NCBI GenBank assembly: GCA_965208285.1
Contig: OZ242333.1
Span: 1,637,078-1,701,077 of the forward strand
Length of the DNA stretch: 64,000 nucleotides
Source: Phototrophicaceae bacterium
Lineage (GTDB): Bacteria > Chloroflexota > Anaerolineae > Aggregatilineales > Phototrophicaceae
Direction: 5' to 3'
Position 1 is the stretch's first letter; every line of letters begins with the position of its first letter. Both the position numbers and the translations under genes were made by a program. The notes under the pieces are model-generated. The model was not told the DNA's origin and did not search any database. It saw nothing but the letters and a program-made list of their open reading frames with translations. This document shows, one piece after another, positions 9,213 through 19,837 of this stretch.

Positions 9213-10412
9213 ATGGGCAAGCAAAAGTTCGACCGCAGCAAACCGCACGTCAATATCGGCACCATCGGGCACGTCGACCACGGCAAGACGACGTTGACGG
9301 CCGCCATCACCAAGGTGCTGAACATGGCCGGCCGCGCCAAGCTGATGGCCTACGAGGAAATCGACAGCGCGCCGGAAGAGAAGGCCCGGGGCATCACCAT
9401 CAACATTCGGCACGTGGAGTACGAGACCGAGAACCGGCATTACGCCCACGTCGACTGCCCCGGCCACCGCGACTACATCAAGAACATGATCACCGGCGCG
9501 GCGCAAATGGACGGCGCCATTCTGGTGGTCAGCGCGCCGGACGGACCGATGCCGCAGACGCGCGAGCACGTCCTGCTGGCGCGTCAGGTGGAGGTGCCGG
9601 CCATGGTCGTCTACCTCAACAAGATCGACCAGATGGACGACGAGGAATTGCTGGAACTGGTCGAGCTGGAGCTGGCCGAATTGCTGGACAGTTACGGCTT
9701 CCCCGAGGACACGCCCATTGTGCGCGGTTCGGCGCTGGCGGCCATGGAGAGCGAAAGCGATGACCCCGACGCGCCCGAGTACGCCTCCATTCTGGACCTG
9801 ATGGGGGTCGTGGACGAATGGATCCCGACGCCGGTGCGCGAAGAGGACCGTCCCTTCCTGATGCCGATCGAGGACGTCTTTTCCATCAAGGGCCGCGGCA
9901 CCGTGGTCACCGGGCGCGTGGAGCGCGGCCGCCTGACCAAGGGTGAGGAGATCGACATCGTCGGTCTGCGCGACTCGATTGACAAGACGGTCGTCACCGG
10001 GATTGAGATGTTCTACAAGGAACTGGACGCTGCAGTAGCGGGCGACAACGCCGGCATTTTGCTGCGAGGCAAGACGCGTGACGAGGTTGAGCGCGGCCAG
10101 GTGCTGGCCCGCAGCGGCAGCATCGAACCGCACAAGCGCTTCAAGAGCCAGGTCTACGTGTTACGTCGCGACGAAGGTGGCCGCCACAAGGCCTTTTTCC
10201 CTGGCTACCGTCCGCAGTTCTACATTCGCACCATGGACGTCACTGGCACCATCAACCTGCCGGAAGGCGTGGAAATGGTCATGCCTGGCGACAACGTGGA
10301 GCTGGAAGTGGAACTGATCATCCCGGTCGCGCTGGAGCAGGGGTCGAAGTTTGCCATTCGCGAGGGTGGTCTGACGGTCGGCGCCGGTTCCATCACCGAG
10401 ATTCTGGACTGA
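9213..10412 (+). CDS. tuf: Elongation factor Tu
   Basis: [36 protein letters not shown] and NKID. The ATG at 9213 follows GAGGAAA. The track ORF from 9120 is an upstream extension. Confidence 0.97.
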   Translation: MGKQKFDRSKPHVNIGTIGHVDHGKTTLTAAITKVLNMAGRAKLMAYEEIDSAPEEKARGITINIRHVEYETENRHYAHVDCPGHRDYIKNMITGAAQMDGAILVVSAPDGPMPQTREHVLLARQVEVPAMVVYLNKIDQMDDEELLELVELELAELLDSYGFPEDTPIVRGSALAAMESESDDPDAPEYASILDLMGVVDEWIPTPVREEDRPFLMPIEDVFSIKGRGTVVTGRVERGRLTKGEEIDIVGLRDSIDKTVVTGIEMFYKELDAAVAGDNAGILLRGKTRDEVERGQVLARSGSIEPHKRFKSQVYVLRRDEGGRHKAFFPGYRPQFYIRTMDVTGTINLPEGVEMVMPGDNVELEVELIIPVALEQGSKFAIREGGLTVGAGSITEILD

Positions 10413-10417
10413 GCCGC

Positions 10418-10451
10418 GGACGCCGGGGCGGAGACACCGCCACCGGCGTCC
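10418..10451 (+). other. Long GC hairpin in the tuf-rpsJ spacer
   Basis: GGACGCCGG (10418-10426) pairs with CCGGCGTCC (10443-10451). An inner GCGG/CCGC also pairs. No T tract follows. Confidence 0.4.
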
Positions 10452-10472
10452 CCTGTGAATGAGACGAGGTTT

Positions 10473-10784
10473 ATGGCTGCAAAAAGCAGGATCCGGATCC
10501 GACTGAAAGCCTACGATCATCGCGTGCTGGACCAGTCCGCCAGTCGCATTGTGGAAACGGCCGAACGCACTGGCGCGAGCGTGGTGGGGCCCGTGCCCCT
10601 GCCCACGCGCATTGAGCGCTTCACCGTGCGGCGTTCGCCGTTTATCGACAAGACCTCGCAGGAGCACTTCGAGATTCGCACCCACAAGCGCCTGATCGAC
10701 GTGCTGGACCCGGACAGCCGGACCATCGACACGCTGATGCGGCTGAACCTGCCGGCCGGCGTGGATATCGAAATCAGGATTTGA
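10473..10784 (+). CDS. rpsJ: 30S ribosomal protein S10
   Basis: [22 protein letters not shown] ... [24 protein letters not shown]. The ATG at 10473 is preferred over the GTG at 10455. Confidence 0.95.
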   Translation: MAAKSRIRIRLKAYDHRVLDQSASRIVETAERTGASVVGPVPLPTRIERFTVRRSPFIDKTSQEHFEIRTHKRLIDVLDPDSRTIDTLMRLNLPAGVDIEIRI

Positions 10785-10854
10785 CCCGCACGCAGGCCTG
10801 CCCGGCCTGCCGCTGCTCTGAAGTCGCGGGGTCGCGTCCCCGCGGGAGGTCAGG

Positions 10855-11511
10855 ATGAAGGGCATTATCGGTAAGAAGGTCGGCATGACCCAGGTGTTTG
10901 ACGAGCGTGGCGACGTCATCCCCGTCACGGTCATTGAGGCCGGCCCCTGCTATGTGACCCAGGTGCGAAGCGCGGAGCGCGATGGCTACACGGCCATCCA
11001 GCTGGGCTTTGGCGAGACCAAACCCCGGCGTCTGACGCGCGGTCAACTGGGGCATTTGCAGCGCAATAACCTGCCGGCCTTGCGTTACCTGCGTGAGTTT
11101 CGTATTCGTGAGGGCGAACCCGACGTAGAAGAGGGTCAGCAAATTAACGCCGACGTGTTCGAGGTCGGCGACCGCGTCGACGTCATTGGCAAGAGCAAGG
11201 GCCGCGGCTTTCAGGGCACGATCAAGCGTCACGGTTTCCGGCGTCAGCCGAAGACTCATGGCCAGTCCGACCGCGAACGCGCTCCGGGTTCGATCGGCGC
11301 CGGCTCCACGCCGGGCCGCGTCATCAAGGGCATGCGCATGGCGGGTCGCATGGGCAACGATCGTATAACGATGCAGAACCTGGAAGTTGTCGTGGTGGAT
11401 GCAGAGAAAAACCTGATCGCAGTCAAGGGGTCGATACCCGGCACCCGCGGCGGCATCGTCATGTTGAAACCCGCGCGTGAGCGCAGGCGCACGCGGCGCG
11501 AGAGGAGCTGA
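10855..11511 (+). CDS. rplC: 50S ribosomal protein L3
   Basis: MKGIIGKKVGMTQVFDERG ... GKSKGRGFQGTIKRHGF. GGGAGG RBS. Confidence 0.97.
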   Translation: MKGIIGKKVGMTQVFDERGDVIPVTVIEAGPCYVTQVRSAERDGYTAIQLGFGETKPRRLTRGQLGHLQRNNLPALRYLREFRIREGEPDVEEGQQINADVFEVGDRVDVIGKSKGRGFQGTIKRHGFRRQPKTHGQSDRERAPGSIGAGSTPGRVIKGMRMAGRMGNDRITMQNLEVVVVDAEKNLIAVKGSIPGTRGGIVMLKPARERRRTRRERS

Positions 11512-11516
11512 CGGCC

Positions 11517-12143
11517 ATGCAGGTACCGGTGCTGGACCAGAGTGGCAGGGAAGTGCAGCAGATCGAGTTGTCGGCCGATATTTTTGGCGTCGAGGTCAAC
11601 GTTGGCCTGATGCATCAGGCCTATGTGCGGCAGATGGCGAACGCCCGCCAGGGAAGCCACAAGACCAAGACGCGCAGCGAAGTCCGTCTGACGAAAGCCA
11701 AATGGTACCGGCAAAAGGGCACCGGGCGCGCCAGACACGGCGCCCGCAGCGCGCCAATTTTTGTCGGGGGTGGCGTGGCCCACGGTCCGCGCCCGCGCAA
11801 GTATACGAAGGCCATGCCGCGCAAGATGCGCCGCGGCGCCATCCGCTCCGCGCTGAGCGCGCTGGCCCGCGATGACCAGCTGATCTTTGTGGACCGGCTG
11901 CAGGCCGACCGACCCAAAACCAGCGAGATGCGTGAAACCATCAGGACGCTGGCGGGCGACGGCAAGACCCTGGTGCTGCTGGCGGAGCGCGACGACAACG
12001 TGCAGCGCGGCATCCGCAATTTGCCGCAGGTGCGCTGGCTGCGGGCGAATCTGCTGAACATCCGGGACCTGCTGGGACACGACAAGGTCATCGTTCCGCT
12101 GGACGCGCTGGACACCATCCAGCTCATCTGGGGCCAGGAGTAA
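11517..12143 (+). CDS. rplD: 50S ribosomal protein L4
   Basis: [30 protein letters not shown]. Confidence 0.96.
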   Translation: MQVPVLDQSGREVQQIELSADIFGVEVNVGLMHQAYVRQMANARQGSHKTKTRSEVRLTKAKWYRQKGTGRARHGARSAPIFVGGGVAHGPRPRKYTKAMPRKMRRGAIRSALSALARDDQLIFVDRLQADRPKTSEMRETIRTLAGDGKTLVLLAERDDNVQRGIRNLPQVRWLRANLLNIRDLLGHDKVIVPLDALDTIQLIWGQE

Positions 12144-12148
12144 CAGGC

Positions 12149-12445
12149 ATGCCCGAGCTTCACATTTACGACGTCATCCGCCGCCCGGTCATCACGGAAA
12201 AGGCGACCGTTCAGGCCGATGAACTCAACCAGTACGTTTTTGAGGTCGACCGGCGTGCCAACAAGATCCAGATTCGGGAAGCGGTCGAGGTCATCTTCGA
12301 GGTCAACGTGACCAAGGTGCGCACCATGGTGCAGCCGGCCAAACGCGGCCGTCGCGGCAGGGACTGGATGATGCGCACGAAGGAATGGAAGAAGGCCATA
12401 GTGACCCTGGCGCCCGGCGACGAAATCGACCTGTTCAATCCATGA
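12149..12445 (+). CDS. rplW: 50S ribosomal protein L23
   Basis: [14 protein letters not shown] ... [19 protein letters not shown]. Confidence 0.96.
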   Translation: MPELHIYDVIRRPVITEKATVQADELNQYVFEVDRRANKIQIREAVEVIFEVNVTKVRTMVQPAKRGRRGRDWMMRTKEWKKAIVTLAPGDEIDLFNP

Positions 12446-12467
12446 GCGGTGGAGGCGAGGGATAACG

Positions 12468-13304
12468 ATGCCGGTTAAGGTCTACAAGCCCACCTCCGCC
12501 GGCCGGCGGGGGATGACGGGTCACACATTCGAGGAAATCACGAAGAAGCGGCCGGAGCGTTCGCTGACTGAACCGCTGCGTCGCAAGGGCGGTCGCAACA
12601 ATACCGGTCGCATCACCGTGCGTCACCGCGGCGGCGGTCACAAACGGCGCTACCGCATCATTGACTTCAAGCGCGACCGCATGGACGCCCAGGCCGAGGT
12701 GAACGCCATCGAATACGACCCCAACCGATCGGCGCGCATTGCCCTGGTGCAGTATGAGGACGGCGAAAAGCGTTACATCATCGCGCCGCTGGGGCTGAGG
12801 GTCGGCGACCGCATCGGCAACGGCATAGAGAACACCAACCTGCGCACGGGCGATGCCCTGGCGCTGGGCGATATTCCACTGGGCACGATGATACACAATA
12901 TCGAATTGCAGCCCGGGCGGGGTGGCCAGCTGGCGCGCGCGGCGGGCACATCCGCCCAGTTGATGGCCCGCGAGGGCGACTGGGCGCAGGTGCGTCTTCC
13001 CAGCGGGGAAGTGCGCCTGATTCACAACCGTTGCAAGGCCACGATCGGCCAGGTCGGCAACACCGATCACGGCAACATCAAGATCGGCAAGGCAGGTCGC
13101 AAGCGCTGGCTGGGCTGGCGCCCCACCGTGCGCGGCTCGGCCATGGACCCGGCCAGTCATCCACACGGCGGTGGCGAAGGGCGCTCGCCGATCGGCATGC
13201 CGGGGCCCAAGACGCCCTGGGGCAAGCCGGCGCTGGGCAAACGCACGCGTCGCAACAAGCGGACCAACCGCTACATTATTCGTCGGCGCGGCCGGCGGCG
13301 GTAG
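12468..13304 (+). CDS. rplB: 50S ribosomal protein L2
   Basis: [28 protein letters not shown] ... [16 protein letters not shown]. Confidence 0.97.
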   Translation: MPVKVYKPTSAGRRGMTGHTFEEITKKRPERSLTEPLRRKGGRNNTGRITVRHRGGGHKRRYRIIDFKRDRMDAQAEVNAIEYDPNRSARIALVQYEDGEKRYIIAPLGLRVGDRIGNGIENTNLRTGDALALGDIPLGTMIHNIELQPGRGGQLARAAGTSAQLMAREGDWAQVRLPSGEVRLIHNRCKATIGQVGNTDHGNIKIGKAGRKRWLGWRPTVRGSAMDPASHPHGGGEGRSPIGMPGPKTPWGKPALGKRTRRNKRTNRYIIRRRGRRR

Positions 13305-13322
13305 CAGAGGGGGACGGAGCGA

Positions 13323-13601
13323 ATGTCACGTTCACTGAAGAAGGGGCCGTTCGTCAGCCACAAGCTGATGCGCAAGATCGAGCGGCTAAACCAGCAGAAC
13401 CAGAAGACTGTGGTGCGCACCTGGAGCCGCGCCAGCACGATCTTCCCGCAGATGGTGGGCCACACCATTGCGGTGCATGACGGCCGGCGTCACGTTCCCA
13501 TTTACATCACCGAGAACATGGTCGGCCACAAACTGGGTGAATTTGCCCCAACCCGCACTTATCGCGGCCATCTGGTCGAACGCAAGAGACGCGTGGTGTA
13601 A
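13323..13601 (+). CDS. rpsS: 30S ribosomal protein S19
   Basis: [11 protein letters not shown] ... [33 protein letters not shown]. Confidence 0.97.
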   Translation: MSRSLKKGPFVSHKLMRKIERLNQQNQKTVVRTWSRASTIFPQMVGHTIAVHDGRRHVPIYITENMVGHKLGEFAPTRTYRGHLVERKRRVV

Positions 13602-13603
13602 TC

Positions 13604-13942
13604 ATGGACGTTCGGGCGACAGCCAAACATTTACCCATATCGGCGCGCAAGCTGCGCCTGGTCATCGACCAGGTGCGCGGCATGGACGCGGACCAGGCGT
13701 TGACCGTGCTGAAGTTCATGCCGAAAAAGGGCGCTGACTTCACCGGCAAGGCCGTGGCCTCGGCTTTGGCCAATGCCGAAAACAATTTCGACCTGAACCG
13801 GAACGCGATGTTCATCTCCACCATTCATGCCGACGAAGGCGTGACCCTGAAGCGCATGAAGGCCGGCGCGCGTGGTCGTTACAAGCCGCGCCTGCGCCGC
13901 ACCTCGCACCTCACGGTCATCCTGTCCGAGCGAGAGGAGTAA
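13604..13942 (+). CDS. rplV: 50S ribosomal protein L22
   Basis: AKHLPISARKLRLVIDQVRGM ... ALTVLKFMPKK. Confidence 0.96.
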   Translation: MDVRATAKHLPISARKLRLVIDQVRGMDADQALTVLKFMPKKGADFTGKAVASALANAENNFDLNRNAMFISTIHADEGVTLKRMKAGARGRYKPRLRRTSHLTVILSEREE

Positions 13943-13948
13943 GCAGCC

Positions 13949-14626
13949 ATGGGTCGCAAGGTACATCCCGTTGGCTTCCGCCTGAAAATCATCCGGGACT
14001 GGGACGCGCGCTGGTACGCCGAACGACAGCAATACCGGGACCTGCTGCAGGAAGATTTCGCGATCCGCCGCTACATTGGCAACCAGGGCTCGCGCGCGGC
14101 CATCTCGCGCGTGGAGATTGAGCGTTATCCGAACCAGTTGGTCATCAATATTCACACGGCGCGGCCGGGCATTGTGATCGGTCGCAAGGGTGAAGCCGTC
14201 AAGCAGATGCGCAGCGATCTCGAGAAGCTGACGGACGGCAAGAAGGTCAAGGTGGAAGTCAGCGAGATCGACAAGCCTGACACCGACGCGAAGCTGGTGG
14301 CCGAGAATATTTCCGGCCAGCTGGAGCGGCGTATTGGCCACAGCCGCGCCATCAAGCGCGCCATTGGCCAGGCGATGCGCCAGGGCGCCCAGGGCATTCG
14401 CATCGAGGTCAGCGGCCGCCTGGGCGGCTCCGACATGGCCCGCCGCGAATGGCAGACCGAGGGCCGCATTCCGCGGAATACCCTGCGCGCGGACGTGGAC
14501 TATGGCACGGCCGAGGCCCTGACGACCTTTGGCCGCATCGGCGTCAAGGTCTGGGTATACAACGGAGAGGTCCTTGATTACGGGGAGATCGGGCGGGCGC
14601 GTGTCGGCGCCGGCGGGCCCGGCTAG
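13949..14626 (+). CDS. rpsC: 30S ribosomal protein S3
   Basis: MGRKVHPVGFRLKIIRDWDARWYA ... GRLGGSDMARREW. Confidence 0.97.
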   Translation: MGRKVHPVGFRLKIIRDWDARWYAERQQYRDLLQEDFAIRRYIGNQGSRAAISRVEIERYPNQLVINIHTARPGIVIGRKGEAVKQMRSDLEKLTDGKKVKVEVSEIDKPDTDAKLVAENISGQLERRIGHSRAIKRAIGQAMRQGAQGIRIEVSGRLGGSDMARREWQTEGRIPRNTLRADVDYGTAEALTTFGRIGVKVWVYNGEVLDYGEIGRARVGAGGPG

Positions 14627-14641
14627 GCAGGAGAAGCAACC

Positions 14642-15076
14642 ATGTTGATGCCCAAGCGGGTCAAGTGGCGCAAGCAGAGTCGCGGCCGCATGCGCGGGAC
14701 GGCGCAACGCGGCAACCGCGTACAGTTTGGCGACTATGGTTTGCAGGCCACTGAACCGGTCTGGATGACTAGCCGGCAAATCGAGGCGGCGCGCCGCACA
14801 ATGGTGCGTTACGTGCGGCGGCGGGGCAAGGTCTGGATCCGCGTCTTTCCGGACAAACCGGTCACGCAGAAGGCGGCGGAGACGCGTATGGGCAAGGGCA
14901 AGGGTTCGGTCGAAAAGTGGGTGGCCGTCATTCGCCCGGGTCGCGTGCTCTTCGAAATGGGCGGCATCAGCGAGGAAGAGGCGCGCGAGGCCCTGCGCCT
15001 GGCGTCCTACAAGCTGCCCTGCAAGACCCGGATCATCAAGCGCATCGATCCGATTTCCGGCCAGGAGTTGAACTGA
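14642..15076 (+). CDS. rplP: 50S ribosomal protein L16
   Basis: [19 protein letters not shown] ... [24 protein letters not shown]. Confidence 0.97.
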   Translation: MLMPKRVKWRKQSRGRMRGTAQRGNRVQFGDYGLQATEPVWMTSRQIEAARRTMVRYVRRRGKVWIRVFPDKPVTQKAAETRMGKGKGSVEKWVAVIRPGRVLFEMGGISEEEAREALRLASYKLPCKTRIIKRIDPISGQELN

Positions 15077-15300
15077 TGCACATCAGCGAAATACGCGCCA
15101 TGGACCGGGAGGCCATTCTTGATGCGATCGAGGACCTCAAGGCGACGCATTTTCGGCTGCGCCTGGAAAAGGCTTCCGGCCAGTTGGCCAACCCCAACGT
15201 GGTGCGCGAGACCAAACGAGATATCGCCCGTTGCCTGACGGTTCTGCGCGAGCGCGAACTGGCGGCCGACATGGCAGGTGAGGACAGGGACGATGCCTGA
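15076..15300 (+). CDS. rpmC: 50S ribosomal protein L29
   Basis: The ATG at 15076 overlaps the rplP stop (TGATG). Sequence [40 protein letters not shown]. Confidence 0.93.
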   Translation: MHISEIRAMDREAILDAIEDLKATHFRLRLEKASGQLANPNVVRETKRDIARCLTVLRERELAADMAGEDRDDA

Positions 15301-15574
15301 CAAACGTAAACGTCTGACCGGGCGGGTGGTCAGCGACAAGATGCAAAAGACCGTGGTGGTGGCCGTGGAACGGCGGCGGCGCCACCCCGTCTACGGCAAG
15401 GTCGTAAGGACTGTGAGGAGGGTCTATGCCCACGATGAGTCCGATTCGATCCGGGAAGGCAGTCTGGTGCGGGTCGTGGAAAGCCGGCCCCGCAGCAAGC
15501 TGAAACGCTGGGCCGTCGATGCCGTGCTGGACGCAGCGCCCGAACCGGTCGCCGGGGAAACGGTCGAGACATGA
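15293..15574 (+). CDS. rpsQ: 30S ribosomal protein S17
   Basis: The ATG at 15293 overlaps the rpmC stop (ATGCCTGA). Sequence [31 protein letters not shown]. Confidence 0.95.
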   Translation: MPDKRKRLTGRVVSDKMQKTVVVAVERRRRHPVYGKVVRTVRRVYAHDESDSIREGSLVRVVESRPRSKLKRWAVDAVLDAAPEPVAGETVET

Positions 15575-15942
15575 TCCAGACTGAATCGCGGCTCAAGGTC
15601 GCGGACAACAGCGGCGCGCGCGAACTGTTGGTGATTCGGGTGCTGGGGGGTTCGCGCAAGCGCTACGGTCGCGTTGGCGACGTGGTAGTGGCCACGGTAA
15701 AGGCGGCCACCAGCGATGGCAGCGTGAAGAAGAGCGAGGTCGTGCGTGCGGTCATTGTGCGCACAGCGAAGGAATTCGGTCGCCGTGACGGCTCCACCAT
15801 TCGCTTTGACGAAAATGCGGCGGTGGTGCTGGCGGAAGACATGACCAACCCGCGTGGCACGCGCGTATTTGGGCCGGTAGCCAGAGAATTGCGGGACAGG
15901 GGCTATATGAAAATCGTGTCCTTGGCCCCGGAAACGCTCTGA
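15571..15942 (+). CDS. rplN: 50S ribosomal protein L14
   Basis: [32 protein letters not shown] overlap with rpsQ. Confidence 0.97.
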   Translation: MIQTESRLKVADNSGARELLVIRVLGGSRKRYGRVGDVVVATVKAATSDGSVKKSEVVRAVIVRTAKEFGRRDGSTIRFDENAAVVLAEDMTNPRGTRVFGPVARELRDRGYMKIVSLAPETL

Positions 15943-15965
15943 CGCGGCCGGATGGAGAGGCGGAG

Positions 15966-16292
15966 ATGCAGCGAATCAGAAGAGGCGACCAGGTTGAGGT
16001 AATTGCTGGCAGGGACCTGGGGGAACGCGGCAGCGTGATCTTGGTCTACCGCAAGCAGAAGCGCGTGGTGGTCGAGGGCGTCAACATCCTCAAGAAACAC
16101 CAGAAGGCGCAGCAGGCCGGGCGGCAGCAGGTGCAGGCCCAGATCCTCGAATTTGAGGGGCCGATCCACGTCTCGAACGTGATGCTGGTTTGCCAAGAGT
16201 GTAACGAGCGCACGCGGGTCGGCCGTCGCATCCGTGAGAGTGACGGCTTCAGGACGCGTTACTGCAAGAAGTGCAACGCCGATTTCGATTGA
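15966..16292 (+). CDS. rplX: 50S ribosomal protein L24
   Basis: [24 protein letters not shown] motif. The C-terminal part contains CQECNERT ... YCKKCNA. Confidence 0.95.
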   Translation: MQRIRRGDQVEVIAGRDLGERGSVILVYRKQKRVVVEGVNILKKHQKAQQAGRQQVQAQILEFEGPIHVSNVMLVCQECNERTRVGRRIRESDGFRTRYCKKCNADFD

Positions 16293-16306
16293 CCGGAGCG
16301 CAAACG

Positions 16307-16867
16307 ATGAGCGTTACGCCAGTGATGAAACAACGTTATCGGGAGGAAGCCGTCCCGCAACTGGTCGAGGCATTTCGCTACGGCAATCTGATGCAGGTGC
16401 CCGCGATCCAGAAAGTCGTGGTCAACGTCGGTGTGGGCGAGGCGCTGGATAACCCCAGGGCGCTCGAGGGCGCGATCGAGGACGTGCGCACGATCACCGG
16501 GCAGCAGCCAGTGGTCACCCGTGCGCGCAAGAGCATCGCCAACTTCAAGTTGCGTGAAGGACGCTCGATTGGCGTCAAGGTAACGCTGCGTGGCGAGCGG
16601 ATGTGGGCCTTTCTGGACCGGTTCGTCAACGTCGCGCTGCCGCGCGTGCGGGATTTCCGCGGTGTGTCGCCGGACAGCTTTGACGGCCGTGGCAACTACA
16701 CCATCGGCCTGCGCGAGCAATTGATCTTTCCGGAAATCCACTACGATCGTATTGACAAGGTGCGCGGGATGGAGATCACTATTGTGACCACCGCCCGCAC
16801 CGACGAGGAGGGCCGGCGCCTGCTGCGTTTGCTGGGCATGCCCTTCCAGGAATACCAGGGAGTCTGA
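16307..16867 (+). CDS. rplE: 50S ribosomal protein L5
   Basis: [23 protein letters not shown] ... [23 protein letters not shown] at 16307 after GGAG. Confidence 0.96.
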   Translation: MSVTPVMKQRYREEAVPQLVEAFRYGNLMQVPAIQKVVVNVGVGEALDNPRALEGAIEDVRTITGQQPVVTRARKSIANFKLREGRSIGVKVTLRGERMWAFLDRFVNVALPRVRDFRGVSPDSFDGRGNYTIGLREQLIFPEIHYDRIDKVRGMEITIVTTARTDEEGRRLLRLLGMPFQEYQGV

Positions 16868-16869
16868 CG

Positions 16870-17076
16870 ATGGCCAGGAAATCATTGACAGCCAGGGAAA
16901 AGCGGCGGAAGTACGCGGTGCGCGTGCGCAACCGCTGCCAGTTCGTGGATCCCAATTCGGGCAAGATTTGCGGACGGCCGCGCGGCTACATTCGCCGCTA
17001 CGGGCTGTGCCGCATTCACTTTCGCGAACTCGCGCTGCAGGGGCAAATCCCTGGCGTCGTGAAATCGAGCTGGTAG
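16870..17076 (+). CDS. rpsN: 30S ribosomal protein S14 (short, type-Z-like, atypical zinc knuckle)
   Basis: [23 protein letters not shown] ... [24 protein letters not shown]; 68 aa. Confidence 0.93.
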   Translation: MARKSLTAREKRRKYAVRVRNRCQFVDPNSGKICGRPRGYIRRYGLCRIHFRELALQGQIPGVVKSSW

Positions 17077-17087
17077 GAGGCGCTGCC

Positions 17088-17492
17088 ATGATGACAGACC
17101 CCGTTGCGGACATGCTTACGCGCATGCGCAATGCCCTGATGGTGGGCAAGCCGGAGGTTCGTATTCCCTCCTCAAAGCTCAAGGTGGAGATCGCGCGCAT
17201 TCTGAAGTCCGAAGGCTACATCGACGACTTCAACGTCAGCGATGAGAAACCGGCGAAGATGATCACCATCCAGTTGAAATATTTCGGCTCCCGGCGCGAT
17301 CGTCGGCCGGTCATTTCCAAATTGCAACGCGTCAGCAAGCCCGGACGGCGCGTCTATCGCGGCACGCGGGACATGCCGCGCGTGATGAGCGGCATCGGCA
17401 TCGCCATTGTGACGACGCCCCGGGGCGTCATGACGGATCAGCAGGCGCGGCGCCAGCGAGTGGGCGGCGAAGTGCTCTGCTACGTCTGGTAA
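17088..17492 (+). CDS. rpsH: 30S ribosomal protein S8
   Basis: [16 protein letters not shown] ... [31 protein letters not shown]. Confidence 0.97.
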   Translation: MMTDPVADMLTRMRNALMVGKPEVRIPSSKLKVEIARILKSEGYIDDFNVSDEKPAKMITIQLKYFGSRRDRRPVISKLQRVSKPGRRVYRGTRDMPRVMSGIGIAIVTTPRGVMTDQQARRQRVGGEVLCYVW

Positions 17493-17504
17493 GGGAGGAT
17501 CAGG

Positions 17505-18056
17505 ATGTCACGCATCGGCAATCTGCCCGTTCCCTTGCCTGAGAAGGTCAGGGCGACCATTGAAGGGCAACGCGTCACGGTCAACGGGCCGAAGGGCGAA
17601 CTGGCGCATGAGGTGCACCCGGCCATAAGCGTGGAGCAGGGTGATGGCGTGTTGCGGGTGACGCGTCCCAGCGATCACCGCCAGCATCGCTCGTTGCATG
17701 GTCTGACGCGGGCGCTGGTCGCCAACATGGTGACGGGCGTCGACCAGGGCTTTCGCAAGTCACTGGAGACCCGGGGCGTGGGATACAGCGCGGAAGTGCG
17801 CGGCGATACGCTGGTCATGCGCCTTGGATTCTCGCATGACGTAGAGATGGAAGCGCCGTGTGGCATCCGCTTTACTGCGGAACGCGCCCCCGACAACCGC
17901 TATCTGATTCACGTCGATGGCATTGACAAGCAGCTGGTGGGGCAGGTGGCGGCCGACGTGCGCGGCAAGCGCCCGCCGGAACCCTACAAGGGCAAGGGTG
18001 TGCGTTACCTTGGCGAATACGTCCGCCAAAAGGCGGGCAAGGCCGGCAAGGTCTAG
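17505..18056 (+). CDS. rplF: 50S ribosomal protein L6
   Basis: MSRIGNLPVPLPEKV ... LVGQVAADVRGKRPPEPYKGKGVRY. Confidence 0.97.
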   Translation: MSRIGNLPVPLPEKVRATIEGQRVTVNGPKGELAHEVHPAISVEQGDGVLRVTRPSDHRQHRSLHGLTRALVANMVTGVDQGFRKSLETRGVGYSAEVRGDTLVMRLGFSHDVEMEAPCGIRFTAERAPDNRYLIHVDGIDKQLVGQVAADVRGKRPPEPYKGKGVRYLGEYVRQKAGKAGKV

Positions 18057-18106
18057 AGGAAGCGACGGGAACCTGACACAGGGCCGCTGCGGTCCGGGAT
18101 GGAACT

Positions 18107-18475
18107 ATGGACGCCAGCAAAAGGAAACACAAGGCACGTGAGCGACGGCATCGTCGCCTGCGCGCGCGCGTGCAGGGCAGCAGCGAACAGCCGCGTCTTT
18201 GCGTCTATCGCAGTCTGACCAACATCTACGCCCAGCTGATCGACGACGGCCAGGGCCATACCCTGGTCGCCGCCTCCACGATCGACCGGGACCTGCGGGC
18301 GCAGGTCGCGGACAAGAGCCCGATCGAGGCCGCGCGCATGGTGGGCCAGCTGGTCGGCGAGCGCGCCCGGCAGGCCGGTGTCAAGCGGGTGGTCTTTGAT
18401 CGCGGCGGCTATCGTTATCACGGGCGCGTGGCGGCCCTGGCGGAAGGCGCGCGGGCAGCCGGGCTGGACTTTTAA
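18107..18475 (+). CDS. rplR: 50S ribosomal protein L18
   Basis: [18 protein letters not shown] ... [28 protein letters not shown]. Confidence 0.96.
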   Translation: MDASKRKHKARERRHRRLRARVQGSSEQPRLCVYRSLTNIYAQLIDDGQGHTLVAASTIDRDLRAQVADKSPIEAARMVGQLVGERARQAGVKRVVFDRGGYRYHGRVAALAEGARAAGLDF

Positions 18476-18499
18476 CCTTCCGGGGTTTGGGAGCGAAAC

Positions 18500-19060
18500 A
18501 TGGCAGACAGAAGACGGGAACGGCGCGGTTCACGCCGGGATGACGACCGCGAGGAACTTGACGAGCGCGTCGTGGATATCAAGCGTGTGGCCAAGGTGAT
18601 CAGTGGCGGCCGGCGCTTCGCCTTTCGGACCGTGGTGATCGTCGGTGACAATCGCGGCCGCGTGGGCGTCGGCGTCGGCAAGGCGCGGGGCGTGCCGGAC
18701 AGCATTCGCAAGGGTTCCGAGCGGGCGCGACGCAACATGGAACGCGTGTCCCTGGCCGGGGCGACCATTCCGCACCAGATCGTCGGACGGCACGGCGGCG
18801 CGAGGGTGCTGCTCAAGCCGGCCACGCCCGGCACCGGCGTCATTGCCGGGGGCGGCGTGCGGGCCGTGCTGGAAGCCGCCGGCGTGCGCGACATCCTGAC
18901 CAAGAGCCAGGGCAGCGCCAACCTGCTGAACGTGACCATGGCGACCCTGCAGGCGCTTCAATCGCTGCGCAGCCCGCATCAGGTCGCGGCCATGCGTGGC
19001 GTGCCGGCAGCCAGGTTGATGCCCTTTGGCCAGGGTGAAGATGCCGGAGACGGGCGTTGA
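18500..19060 (+). CDS. rpsE: 30S ribosomal protein S5
   Basis: [40 protein letters not shown]. Confidence 0.97.
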   Translation: MADRRRERRGSRRDDDREELDERVVDIKRVAKVISGGRRFAFRTVVIVGDNRGRVGVGVGKARGVPDSIRKGSERARRNMERVSLAGATIPHQIVGRHGGARVLLKPATPGTGVIAGGGVRAVLEAAGVRDILTKSQGSANLLNVTMATLQALQSLRSPHQVAAMRGVPAARLMPFGQGEDAGDGR

Positions 19061-19260
19061 TGGCTGGCAAACTCAAGGTCACCCTGGAACGCAGCGCCAC
19101 CCGTCGCGCGCCCAACCAAAGGGCAACCGTGCGGGCGCTGGGCCTGAACAAACTGCGTGCCAGCGTCATCCATGACGATACGCCGTCCATTCGTGGCATG
19201 CTCTATACGGTCCGACATCTCGTGACGGTGGAAAAGGTGGACCAGAATGAAACTGCATGA
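19060..19260 (+). CDS. rpmD: 50S ribosomal protein L30
   Basis: The ATG at 19060 overlaps the rpsE TGA (TGATG). Sequence [29 protein letters not shown]. Confidence 0.94.
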   Translation: MAGKLKVTLERSATRRAPNQRATVRALGLNKLRASVIHDDTPSIRGMLYTVRHLVTVEKVDQNETA

Positions 19261-19792
19261 CCTGAGGCCGGACCCCGGCTCCCGCAAGAAACGCCGGCGG
19301 GCGGGCCGTGGCATCTCTGCAGGACGCGGCAAGACGGCCGGTCGCGGTCACAAGGGCCAGGGCGCCCGCGCCGGTGGCGGCAAGGGCCCCTACTTTGAGG
19401 GCGGCCAGCTGCCGCTGGTGCGCAGAATGCCTTTCAAACGCGGCTTTACCAACATCTTCCGCATTGAGTACGAGGAAGTGAATGTTGGCCTGCTCAACGA
19501 GCACGAAGGCATAGAGGACGGCGCTGTGGTGACGCCCGCCTCACTGGCGCAACTGGGCATCATTCGCGACGCGACCGACCCGGTCGTTATCCTGGGCGAT
19601 GGCGACCTGGCGAAGAAGCTGACCATCAGCGCGCATCGCTTCACGAAAGGCGCCAGGCGCAAGATCGGCGAGGCCGGCGGCACGATCAGGGAACTGGAAT
19701 TGAAGCTGACCGGCGCCCGCGCGACCGTGAAACTGCCGAAGAAGGAAGAACTGGCCAGAATTCTGGCGGATGAAGGCGACGCCCAGGCTTGA
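19247..19792 (+). CDS. rplO: 50S ribosomal protein L15 (with C-terminal extension)
   Basis: MKLHDLRPDPGSRKKRRRAGRGISAGRGKTAGRGHKGQ. Confidence 0.96.
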   Translation: MKLHDLRPDPGSRKKRRRAGRGISAGRGKTAGRGHKGQGARAGGGKGPYFEGGQLPLVRRMPFKRGFTNIFRIEYEEVNVGLLNEHEGIEDGAVVTPASLAQLGIIRDATDPVVILGDGDLAKKLTISAHRFTKGARRKIGEAGGTIRELELKLTGARATVKLPKKEELARILADEGDAQA

Positions 19793-19837
19793 CGTCCCTT
19801 CCCGCAGGCGGCCGAAAGTGGGCGATGGAGGAGCACC

